A stretch of DNA of 64,000 nucleotides from Paragordius varius (lineage: Eukaryota > Animalia > Nematomorpha): positions 9,920,001 through 9,984,000 of the forward strand of contig OZ176053.1 in NCBI GenBank assembly GCA_964247055.1, given 5' to 3'. The notes under the pieces were generated by a model, which was not told the DNA's origin, searched no databases, and saw only the letters and a list, made by a program, of their open reading frames with translations. Positions within the stretch are counted from its first letter, which is position 1. Every line of letters starts with the position of its first letter. This document shows, in pieces, positions 11,790 through 24,163 of the stretch. The position numbers and the translations under genes were made by a program.

Positions 11790-14700
11790 TGTTAAAAGGG
11801 TTATCATCATACGCAAATTATCCTTCTCTTTTTTAGTGCATAATACACTTTGGTCTTTGTTACGTTAAAAATATATATTACCTTGGTTGTGAATGCAAAT
11901 TATTTTATTTATACTTATTATCTTTAACAACGTTTAAACCATACAACTTTATCCTTGTGAATGCAATAACCAAATTTCCTAATGTATATAAGGAATCATT
12001 GTATCACACAGAACACATTATATTATATTATTCAGTTTTGATGTTATACTAAATAAATAAATATATCCTTTATAATTTATATTAACTATTTGTCAACTGG
12101 CGCGGCTATTCGAGGCTATGGAAAAAATTAATTTATCATGTTTTAATCCAAATGTGGAGTTTACAAATTATATTACATATATTAAACGCAATTTGGAGGT
12201 CAAGAATGTCGCAGCCACCGATGAAAATATGAAAGCATGTTTGTTGCCTTTCGGAGGAATCGAAAATATTAATAAAATTGAAAATTATTTCTATCCACAA
12301 GCAATAGACGACATACCATTCCCAGATCTATTAAACGCCGGTATAAAAATCTTCTCCCCCTCAAGGAATATTTTTTCGTCGCGTTTTGATTTAATTAAAA
12401 TGAAGAGGGGGAGAATGGAAACGTTCACAGAATTCCTGTTAAGAGTTAAACAAATGGCCATCCACTGCCGGTTCTCGTCAAACATTGACGAGCACATCAG
12501 AGATGTATTCATCGCCGGGTTAGACGAGCAAGCCGTGGAAATGGAACTATTCACACGGTTCCCAGAAGCTTTAGAAAACGGGGCTCCCGTTTCTCTAAAT
12601 ACGGTGGTAAATATTGCCTTATCACATGAGAAGGCACGAGATGGACTAACGAATACAGAAGTGCTGTCCATCAATATTGATAATGATAATAAAAGTAACA
12701 ATAATAAGAACCACAGTAGTAATGGTGAAATAAACGAAATAGCCACACTTCACCAATCAAAGAGCAGCCATAGTAATAATAACCGACGAACCTGCACAAA
12801 ATGTGGGACGACTCATACGTTGGGACATTGCCCTGCCTATGGGAAAGAATGTTATAGATGCCATCGTTCAAACCACTTTGCTCGATGTTGTAAGGTAGTG
12901 TTTAAAGCATATTCCCTTTTTAATAAGACAAAAAAACCCCAAATTGTTCCTAAAATAAATAATATTCCTATTGAAATGATTTTTGATACGGGTGCCGATA
13001 TTTCAATCATAAATTATAAAAACTGGTGCCGTCTCGGCAAGCCAGCACTAGATTTTGATAACAATAATATTTTCATACATGCATACAATAATAATCGTAT
13101 AAAAACATTAGGTAAATGCAAATTACAGGTTGAATTAGATAAAAGAACGCACATTCTAGAGTGCTTTATTATAAACAACAACTTACCATCAATATTTGGA
13201 ATGGACTGGATAAAACAATTTAATTTAAAATTACCCAATCATGTAATAATAAATAACTTATCTTCATATGATATATATAACAAATTTAGCAAGTTATTTT
13301 CTGAGGGCCTTGGTTGCTGGAAGGGCGACCCGATTAAAGTGTTTTTAAGTAATAATAATTGTGGTAGAATTTTTCCAAGAAGAAGGGTGCCACTATCATT
13401 ACAAAGCAAAGTGGAGGATGAGATAAATAGATTGGTAAAACTGGATATAATTGAGCCTGTTGATCCAAAAAAGACTAGAATCGTTTGGTCCAGCCCTACT
13501 GTAAATATTATAAAACCTAATAAAGAGCTTAGAATATGCGCGGATTTTAAAATAAGTATAAATCCACACATAAAACCGCCGCAATACATAATCCCAACCT
13601 TTGACGACCTCATCTCAAAAATTTCCTTCGGCAAATCTTTCTCGACACTAGATTTGAAAGACGCCTATTTTCAAATTCCAGTAGACCCAGATAGTCAGCA
13701 CTTACTAACAATTTCGACACATAAGGGGTTTTATAAGTATAAACGATTGCCTTTCGGGTTAAATTGCGCCCCCAGTTTCTTTCAACAAATAATGGACGAG
13801 TTATTAAAAGATTGCGCAGGTACAGCCGTTTATTTAGATGACGTTATCGTGACAGGAGAAACCGAGACAAAGCACAAGGACAACCTAATAAAGGTATTTA
13901 CCAAATTGGAGACAATGGGATTAAAATTGCGCAAAGATAAAATAAAACTTTTTCAACCATCTGTAGAATATCTTGGTCACATTATTTCTGAAAATTGCAT
14001 TAAGCCCTCCCCAAACAAAATTAAAGCCATCCAAGAGTGCCCGACCCCGACCAACAAAACCACTCTTAGATCATTTTTGGGTTTACTTAATTTTCATGCA
14101 AAATTCATCCCTTCCCTAAGCATTTTAATGGGAGAACTACATAAATTAGCAGGTAACAAACAAAAATGGTGTTGGACGCTAACGCATGATTCGATATTCA
14201 AAAAAGCTAAAGACTTGATCTGCCAGAGTAGTTCCTTGCATCCGTATAATCCCAAACTACCTATAGTCTTGGAAACCGACGCGTCAATGTCGGGATACGG
14301 TGCTATTTTATCACATAGAACAACCGCGGGTAATCGCCCGATCGCCTACACGTCAAAAAAATGCTCTCAGGCTGAAGGAAACTATTCAGTAATTGAGCGA
14401 GAAGCAAAATCTATCCTAATAGCGTTAGAGAAGTTTAAAACCTTTTTGTATGGCAGGAAATTTATAATACAAACGGACCACAAACCTCTAGTGAAACTAT
14501 TTGGGCCTCAAAGAGATCTTAGTAAAATTAATAATTGTAAACTAGTACGCTGGATAACTAGAACATCGGTATTCGATTTTAACATAGAATATCACCCTGG
14601 TACAGAAAACATAGCTGACTGCCTATCGAGACTCCCCATTGAAAACCAGGAGCCGATGGAGTTTGAGAAAGATGATGAAAGTAGCAATGTTCATTTGATT

Positions 14701-16406
14701 TGGTCCAACGAATTAAATTTAAATAGAGAAATTATCTATCAAGAGTCTATGAAGGATCCTACTATAGCAAAGTTAAAAGTAGCCCTAAGGTCTAATAATT
14801 GGACGGACCCCCTGGTCAAGCCTTTCCTAGCAATAAAAAATGAAATTGAGGATGCATACGGTCTATTATTTGTGGGAGATCGGGTAATAATCCCGAACAA
14901 AATTAAGCCAGATATTTTAAGATACCTGCATAGTGGCCATCCGGGAATACAAGCCATGAAACTATTAAGCCGTGAAAAGGTTTATTGGCCCGGGTTGAGC
15001 CAAGATATCGATAAATGGGTGCGTAGTTGCCAAAATTGTCAAAGGCTGCGCCCAAATATACCCGAAAATCCCACCTATCAATGGAACGGGAATACAACCA
15101 TATGGGAACGGCTCCACCTAGATATCGCTGGACCCATTGACAATTTATACTGGGTGGTACTAATTGATCATTGCACCCGCTGGGTGGAGGTAGAAACGTT
15201 ACGTTCTGTGAATACCGGTAATATCCTTAAGTTTTTAGAAACCTGTTTTTGCCGGTAGGGGTACCCAAAAGTGGTGGTTACTGATAACGGCTCTTATTTT
15301 AAATCGGGGGAGTTTGAGAGAACTTTAGCTTCCTCTAATATAAAACACGTAACATCAGCTCCCTACCACCCCCGAACAAATGGGTTGGTAGAGAGGGTAA
15401 TTTACACTCTAAAAAATCATTATTCAATGTCAACCCCACTTTCCGCAGACCTTTCGGCAGACCCAGTACGAAGATTAAACCAAATCTTATGGGCTTACCG
15501 AAACACGCATCACAGTTCTACGAAGGAGACTCCCGCGCATTTGTTTTTAAAAAGAACTATGCAAAGCCCATTAACATGGATGAAAACGAAACCCAACGAG
15601 TTCATGGATACTCCCGACATTCCGCAGGAGTTTGAAAAGAGGCAAAAAGTATATATCAAGAATGAATTGTGTTCTGGTTGGAGGGAGGGACAAATCGTCG
15701 ACAGAACGGGATGGTTATCGTACAATGTCAACGACAATGGCAAAATCATCCGCAAACATGCTGATCAATTAAGGAATCGCATGGATTGGTCGGCCGAAGG
15801 AGAAGAAGGGAGAAGTGAGGAAAAGACTAAAAACTTAAACAACAATGATAATAACAGTGAGGAAAAGACTAAAAACTTAACCAACAACTTAAACAACAAT
15901 GATCATAACCTCCGAAAACATCCCACGGAACATGAAATAAGAACCCCTGAAAACATCCAGGAGAATCCGGAATCAGAAAGTGCGCCTTCAAGTGAGAATA
16001 CTCCTGTGCAAACAAGTGACACTTCTCCTACCACAACTCGCCGGTACCCGATTAGATCCCGAAAGCCACCCGACCGATATCAAGCTTAAGGAAGAAGGTA
16101 TGTTAAAAGGGTTATCATCATACGCAAATTATCCTTCTCTTTTTTAGTGCATAATACACTTTGGTCTTTGTTACGTTAAAAATATATATTACCTTGGTTG
16201 TGAATGCAAATTATTTTATTTATACTTATTATCTTTAACAACGTTTAAACCATACAACTTTATCCTTGTGAATGCAATAACCAAATTTCCTAATGTATAT
16301 AAGGAATCATTGTATCACACAGAACACATTATATTATATTATTCAGTTTTGATGTTATACTAAATAAATAAATATATCCTTTATAATTTATATTAACTAT
16401 TTGTCA
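11790..16406 (+). mobile_element. Full-length Ty3/gypsy LTR retrotransposon, Mag-like, 4617 bp
   Basis: 306-bp TG...CA LTRs at 11790-12095 and 16101-16406, with no differences seen by eye. 5-bp TSD TGGAG at 11785-11789 and 16407-16411. PBS TGGCGCGGC at 12098. PPT AAGGAAGAAGG at 16088-16098. Confidence 0.97.
12118..16089 (+). pseudogene. Single-frame gag-pol polyprotein interrupted by one in-frame TAG (15256-15258) in the integrase core
   Basis: Mag-type double knuckle CTKCGTTH..CPAYGKECYRCHRSNHFARCC; protease FDTGAD; RT LDLKDAYFQI/YLDD; RNase H ETDAS/EREA/TDHKPL/ADCLSR; integrase HHCC and D(HLDIAG)-D(TDNG)-E(LVER). ORFs 12118-15258 and 15271-16089 share a frame (FCR*GYPKVVVTDNG). Confidence 0.92.
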
Positions 16407-16740
16407 TGGAGATAAAAAATAAAAAACATATTTAAAAAAGAATGTCTTTTATTATTGTGTTACGGGTTTTTGCATAGGCTCAAATATTGTTTACTCCAAA
16501 TTCAGTTTAAGATTTTCGTTTTACGAAATCATGGTTAAAAGTTTTATTTTGATGTGTTTACGCTGGGATCAAGGGATATAAAAAGTACATTTAGGTCCCT
16601 TTTAAAGGAAAGTATGATATATCATTTACAGTTCGTCACCCTTCAATTCAAATTCAACCTCAAACAATTCAAATCAATTTTTTTATATTTTTGAAAAATG
16701 AATTTTCGTTTAAAATTAATATAATGCTGAAAAAATAATA

Positions 16741-17898
16741 CAGTAAATGTTAATTTTTAATATCAAGAATTTTTTTTTAATCCATTTGGCATTTTTTTAT
16801 CCTTTTAAAAGTTGTTTTACAAGCATATAAAAAATAACACTTACATATATATTTAAATGTACTTACATGTCCCTTTTCGGTACACATATATGAGAGATAT
16901 ATTAACATTGCAATATGTTCCCCTTTTCGCTACATATCTCATTATAGAAATGGTAACATTGCATATGTGTTGTGCCTACTTCATTAAATAATTTTTTAGG
17001 TTTTATATATAATTTTTTTTATAAAAATTAAGTTTTTAATAATTAATTAAAAAATATTTCAGAAAAGACTATAATATATTTGAAATTAACATATAAATCG
17101 CTTATGTGCGTAATAAATCTTGTATTATACAAATTTAAATATTAATTTGATTTTGCTGACTTTTTTTTGAAAACACTATATCACCTAAAATTAAAACTGA
17201 AAAATGCCACGAAAAATGGTAAAATAATACCATTTATAATTAATTATTTTAGTGGTTAATTTATTTAAGCAAATATTTTTGACAATTTTTTTGGTGTGCT
17301 CATACTTAAGAAAATGAATGTGCTGAATATTTTCAAGAATTTGAGTTAAGTTTTCAATCAATTCTTCTACATTGAAATGGCATCTTTCCTGACTTTTTTT
17401 GATCTCTGGAGTCTGGGTTATTAATGTGCCATAGTTTGAATCTAATGTTGATGGCAAACTTTCATCTATACTATCTTCTTCACAAAAACTATACATTTAT
17501 TTTAAATTTCTTTTTGACAAAATAATAAAAACTTAATATTTTTTATAAAAAAAATATTTAATTATAAAATAAAAATCAAAGTATGCACAACACACAACAT
17601 ACTGATTAATACCTAATTTTATAAAAAAATGTTATATCAAACCTAAATATTTATCAAAGTAGGCAAAACACATATGCAATGTTACCATTTCTCAAATAAG
17701 AAATGTAGCGAGAAGAGGAACATATTGCAATGGTAATGTATCTCTCATATATGTGTACCGAAAAGAGACATGTAAATACATTTAAATATATATGTAAGTG
17801 TTATTTTTTATATGCTTGTAAAACAACTTTTAAAAGGATAAAAAAATGCCACATGGATTAAAAAAAAAATTCTTGATATTAAAAATTAACATTTACTG
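16741..17898. mobile_element. Non-autonomous Tc1/mariner element with ~290-bp TIRs (IR-DR type)
   Basis: Ends are CAGTAAATGTT...AACATTTACTG, flanked by TA on both sides. Arms 16741-~17030 and ~17610-17898 are reverse complements. Each arm has two internal direct repeats (..CCCTTTTCG[G/C]TACA..). Confidence 0.85.
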
Positions 17899-18049
17899 TA
17901 AACTATGCTTGATTAATGATATGAGTTATATTAGAGAAAAGTAATCTTTAGGGTAAATTTGAGTTGTTCAAGGGTCAATTTAAATTGTTCTAGGGTGAAG
18001 TTAAATTGTTCAAGGGTATCTGAATCGTAAATGGTATATTATACAAATT

Positions 18050-20195
18050 TCTCGGAAATGTGTTAAATTAAACTCGTATGGCTTCTTAAGATTTTTGAAA
18101 AATAGCTCCAAAACCACTCCATTTTTTATAACCTCTCCTTTTAAACGGGTTGACCCCATGGAAAAAGCGCTGAATTAAAATCTTAGCCTTTATAGGAATT
18201 CTTGGAATCATCTTTGATAACATTGTCTTATAGGTTATTCGAAAAATTCCTCAACATCAGATAATCGTTATAGGATGGCGTATCTTTAGGGTACAAAGCT
18301 CCAAATTAACGGCTAATAAAAAACGCCTGACCTAAATTTTTACCAGTTACAGGTAATATTTCAAGCTTTTAATGAGCTCATATGGCTTCATAAATTTTCT
18401 GTAAATTAGCTCCAAAACAACGCGATTTCTATATAATGGCGCAGTTTTTGGCGGGTAGCTCCTTACCCAGGAGCAGGTATAAAAAAGCGTTGAAAATTTT
18501 TGCCTTTATATGGGGAATATCCGTAAATATCGTGGATTCCATATGATAAGTTCTTCGAATTATTGTTTATAACTAAAAAATTGTGTGGCGGCGGATTTTT
18601 CAGGGTGTAAAACTTTTTTTAGTGACTCATTAAAATAACCCCCTATATTATAATATTTGTTTTTAGGGGTTATAAATATTTTAGGCCCTTATTGAACTCA
18701 CACAGTTTTACGCTGGGAGCCCCTTAACCAGGGGCGAAACAAAATAAATGCTCAATTATAATTTTTGCCTTAATTTGGGTATACCTGGAATCATGATTGA
18801 TCCCATATGCTCTAGTGGGATTTTCGAAAAATTGCCTCAAAACCAAAAAGTCATTCTATGATGCCGCATTTTCCAGGGCAAGGGCCTAATTAAGGGGAAA
18901 TTTCATAAATCCGCTCTACTTAAATTTGTTTACGGGCAAAATTTTAAGCCCTTATTGAACTCATATGGCCTCATAAATTTACTAAATTTTGCCTCCAACG
19001 CTGTATCGATATGATGGCGCAGTTATAGGCGAATAGCCCCCTACCCTAAGGCCAATGTAAAAAAGACGTTCGATAAAAAAAATTTTCTTTATAAGGGGAA
19101 TACCTGGAATAATCATTTGTTCCATATGTTCTTAATAGTTTTTGAATGGCTTCAAAATTATATATTAGTACAATAGCATTTTTTAGGGCGCAAAGGGCCT
19201 AATTAATGGCTAATTTTAAAAAAACGCGCAGCTAAAATTTTAGCCTTTTTACGGGTAATATTTCAGGACCCTAATAAAATGTGGCCTGGTAAATTTTCCG
19301 AAAATTAACTCCTAAACAACGCAATTTTCATATGGTGGGGCAGTTTTTAGGCGGGTAGTCCCTACCCAGAGGCTGATAGAAAAAAGCGCTTGATTAAAAT
19401 TTTTGCCTTTTTACGGAGAATACCTGGAATCATGAATGATTCCATATGCTCTCATTAGTTTTTGGAAAAATTGCCTCAAAACTAAAAAATCTATGGTGGC
19501 GCATTTTTCAGAGCGTACAGGGCCTAATTAACGGCTAATTTAAAAAACCGCACGATCTAAATTTTTGCCTTGTTAGGGGTAAATTTTAAGCAGCTATTGA
19601 ACTTATGACCAGATAGGTTTTCGGAAATTTAGCCCCAAAGGCACGCTATTTCGATATGACGGGCCCGTTTTTACGGGTATCTTCTTACCCGACGGCCAAT
19701 ATAAAAGAAACGCTCGACTAAAACTTTTGCCTTTTAACAGGGATTATCTGGAATCCTCATTAAATTTTTACAGTCTCATATCTTGGGCCAAAAATAGATT
19801 CAAAAAATTATTTTTGTGGATTTATTTTTTTTGAAAAAAATGGCGGGAGAGCGGGTAAAAAAAGGGTCTAAATAAAAAAATCGGGCCGACTATGTTCGGC
19901 GCGAAAAATAAGTTAAAAATAATCATATATGAAATCGAATGGTCCAACAAGTTTTCCGGAATATTGTCTCAAAGAAACGATTTTTGTGGACTTTTGTTTT
20001 AAAAAAACCGTTTTTTAAACGGGGTGTGCCCGAACTAGGGCCCTAATTCAAAAAAGAACGAAGCTATTGTCGGGGCATTCATTAATGATTATATTTTTTC
20101 GACATTTAGATTTGAATGGGTCTACCGGTTTTCGGGAAGATGACAAAGCCACCACTTTCCATTTTTATAATTATAGATTAGCATAAATGTGAGAC
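18050..20195 (-). repeat. Older, degenerate array of the same family as 4540-9690, in inverted orientation (~320-bp period)
   Basis: 19730-20180 is a diverged reverse complement of 4540-5030. GGAATACCTGGAATC-like motifs recur near 18195, 18513, 18781, 19098, 19418 and 19741. A degenerate + strand relative lies at ~29100-29700. Confidence 0.8.
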
Positions 20196-23100
20196 ATTTT
20201 TCATTTGTTACATTGTTTATTACGTTTCTGATGTATATATAAGCTTCTAGATCCCAAATATCCGGCATTTCAAAAATAAATCATTTTTTATTCCAATCCT
20301 TATGACATATCAGTTTGTTGATTAGTTGAAAGATAATTTGAAATGTAAAAAACAATTACTTTTATATTAAAAGACCATGTTTTTTACTTTTGTACGCAAA
20401 AATGTTTTTAAGTCGGCTTAATTACATATATAACACCAATAATATGAAATCTATGGCATCAGCTAAGAAATTAAGGGGGAGACAAACATATACATGTATA
20501 GCTTGATTGATTTAATCATCAATTTGTAAAAAATATTTGTACAAATTAGATTTGGTTATTTCAAAAACGGAGTATTAAAAAATGTACTAGGGATGAGAGG
20601 CCGTAAATAACCTTTGATTAAATACATTACAAAGTTGGCTTCGTAGGATATATGGTGAAAAATATAGTTAACAAAAATAATCATTAACTCTTTAAAGTAA
20701 TTATTGAATTAAAAATACATCTAGTGACTGCGGTGCTTTTGTGTGTGTGTTTGTTTAGTACCGCTCTTGCTTTTGTAATTATAATCAAGGATTAGTTTAT
20801 TTTTTACACTTTATGATCCTTCAAATGAAATCTTTCAATGTTTATCGAAAGCTAAATTACTTTTTTTAAATAAAATAAAGTATATTTTTTCAAATTTTAA
20901 TCAATCCAAATCCAACAAAATTTGGAATGTACCTACTTGTGATAAGATTAGATAAAAAAATTGAAAAAAAAACGATACAAAATCTCTGCCAATGATGTTT
21001 TGTATATGATTCTCAAAATTTTACTACTTATATAGATTATCTTTATCAAAGACAAAAAGAAGGATTTTTAAAGATTAAAAAAATTAATTAAATATGACAT
21101 CCCCAATGTTCTAACATTTAAAATATATCTGGTTCCTATTTCACAATCTCAATTTTATGGGAAAAGAGATAAAAAAAGATATGGAAAAACTTATGTCTAC
21201 TTACTAATCAAGTTTTTGAGCAAATCATTTAAGATGGAATAAATTAACTTGTTATTATATAATTCCTTAAACCTTCACATATACTAAAAATTAACGCTAA
21301 AACTTAACACATAAATAGAGATTAATGTTTTTTGTTTTCCGTTAAATGCCATAATTTAATTATCTTAAGTGAGGAATGGCTTTTTGTTATTGTCCATTTT
21401 TGGAATTTATAAAATATGTCATCACAATTGTCATCATATACATTTATTTTTGATAAAACAATATATCAGATATATTTACTAAATTTACTGGGATCAAATA
21501 TGTCGTTCGTATATTATCCTTCGTTTATATGCAATATATCTTATTCCACACACCATTTTTAATAATGTTAATTGCTGCGGTATAGCATCTAATTTCGTAA
21601 AAGTAAAAATATGATGGAACAATGAATTCGTATAATTGGACAAATTTTTCTTTCACTTTAAAAGAAATTAAAATATAAATATAATCTATTCCCCTGCATC
21701 GACGGAATTAAGGTATTATACTAAATATTTTGCACCTTAGAAACAGTGCTTAAGATCCGGCCGGAACTGGTAAAATATTTTTTGACCCATATTAAAACTT
21801 ATGTGTAACCCAGATTTTTTATTCTAATTTTAGAGCGACATCATTGGTCGCATGCTTATAACTAATTAAGCTCAAACCAAATTTTATTTTTAATATTTTT
21901 AGCATATCTTTTCTTTTTGTTTGAAGAATAATTTTGACAATTTAAATGGAATTTAATCCATCTAAAGTTTGTCGCATTATTTTATTTACTTAGTTTTTTT
22001 ATACCATTTTACTAATATATTTGTGTGGCCTAAATGTTTCCTTTACTGTTTCAACATTTATGGTTGGAAATCTAAAAATATTGCATTGCAGAGCTAAATA
22101 TTAACCCAATTTCATGCCATGGTTGTTGTTTATCTTATGATATTTTTTTTATTTACAAAAAATATTCCTTTGTACATAAATTTATATGTAGTTTATAAAG
22201 GATAACAATTTTTATTTTAATGGGGTAATAAATCTACGATTATATCCAGTTTAATTTTTGGTTTTTTCGGTTTTACATAATTTTATAACTACTTTTTCTG
22301 TTTCTATCAATTTTAGATAAGATTTAAATTAAATAAAGCTCTAAATTTAGCGTTAAAATTAAATAAACACGATACTTTGCCAAAATGTTGTAAAATAAAA
22401 ATTGAAGTATGATATGGAACTTTTTATCAAATTAAGTTTTATTTAAATATTTTGGCCTATTTATTTAATTTTTAATCGGAAAAAGGTATGAATTTAAATT
22501 GGGAACGTTATTAGTAGTTTTTTAAAGTATTAACCTAAAAATAGTCCAGGATATTTAGATACCCCAATTTAAATCGGTGTTACTAAATATTTTATTTTAT
22601 TTCAAACATAAGACTGTAATATATAATTACAACCATAATATAATTAGTATTTTATTTATCAGTTTATGCTAGTTCATCGAAAAAATTTGGAAAAAGATAC
22701 TAATTTGTTTTAGCAATATCGGTTTTACTTCAATTTTGCAAAAAGCATTTATAATAAAAAACTTTTATTTGATATTTTTTATCGCGCGAGCTGAAATGTT
22801 TCGGAGTGGGGCATTTCGGACATCCTTGCCAATCGTATTAAATAAAGATTAGAAATTTTATGAATTAATGAATATTCATAGGGACTATTAGGTGTGCATT
22901 TTATTTTATAAAATGGGTAAATTATATAACTAAAAGATTAGATTTACGCGGCATTAGAATAGCTTTCAAGCAAACATAACTTTAATGTCATGGCAAATGG
23001 CGAAATATGAAATATTTAGGATAGGCTTAAAGTTTAACATATTTTGATTTAAAGATCCAATTATCCCATTATATTACAAAAATTTTTTTATAAGTAATTA

Positions 23101-24163
23101 TTATAGTAAGAAGTATATATAAAAATTTGGCAACACATGCAACACATTATTCAAATTTATAAATTAAATATAAATAAAAACTTGCCCATTATGGTGGCGG
23201 TATAATACCCAAAAATTTGCTTGTACTCAGTAGATTTCATTACTTTTATATAAAACATACATTTTGAGGTGATTGTTTTCAAGAGGTTAAATTTGTAATA
23301 AAATATGAACGAAGACGTATATTTTGGCTAAATGACAATTATTAAACATCAAATTTATATATATTGAAAATAATGAATTACTTTTAAAATTAAATGCAGT
23401 AAAACAAACAACTGACTCTACAAATCGATAATTACCGAAATTAAGCTGTTAAAATATAAATGAAACGCATTTCTTCATTTAAATGCAAATTTCAGTAAAA
23501 ATCAAGTAAGCAATATTGTCGGCAGTTTGAGATGCGTATATTTTAAATTTAAGTTTTTATAAAATAATAATGCGCTTAAATGGCCATAGAATGCATATTT
23601 TTAAGTTTGACCCAATATAAGAGATATCGAAAATTGAATTATTCTCGGTGAAAATTTACTAATAATATTTTTCATGAACACTTTATTAATCTTTAAGTAA
23701 TTTATTACTCCATATTATATTAAAAGTAAAAGACATAAGAAATGATGCTATTCTTTTACCCATTTATAAATGGGTTTGAGATGGAATGTTAGATTTATTA
23801 GGTATTTATTACATAAGGCCATTAATTAAAATCAATATTTATTGTTTACCGTTTATTAAAAAAATTCTACTAAATTCTTCTAGTATTACCATTTAATACC
23901 TTTCTCATGATAAATACTGATTTTGCTATCTTTTTTTTGTTATTGCCATGAAAATTATTAATTTGATCATTTTTAATTTTTTAAATATTCAGATTAGCCT
24001 AATTAATTTTTAATGAACCTTAAAAACTTATATAATGTTTATCGTTTTAATATCAGGTTAAATCCAACGTTACAACTCATTGTGAAACACCATCTAAATC
24101 AAAGGGATTAACTTCTTTTTAAAGAAAAATTAATACGTTTTAATTGCACCCCATCTCATTAAT

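Noticed and set aside
10303-14957. Antisense ORFs within gag-pol (151, 66, 74, 131, 72 aa)
   Set aside because: Shadow ORFs opposite a long coding frame, with no independent signals.
15256-15258. TAG reassigned to a sense codon in this organism
   Set aside because: EMC7 ends in TAG (38481-38483) at the position expected from orthologues, and no conserved host exon examined contains an internal TAG.
20200-24000. Hidden genes upstream of the GPCR
   Set aside because: Very AT-rich with only degenerate repeat fragments (e.g. ~22200-22580) and no convincing exon chain.
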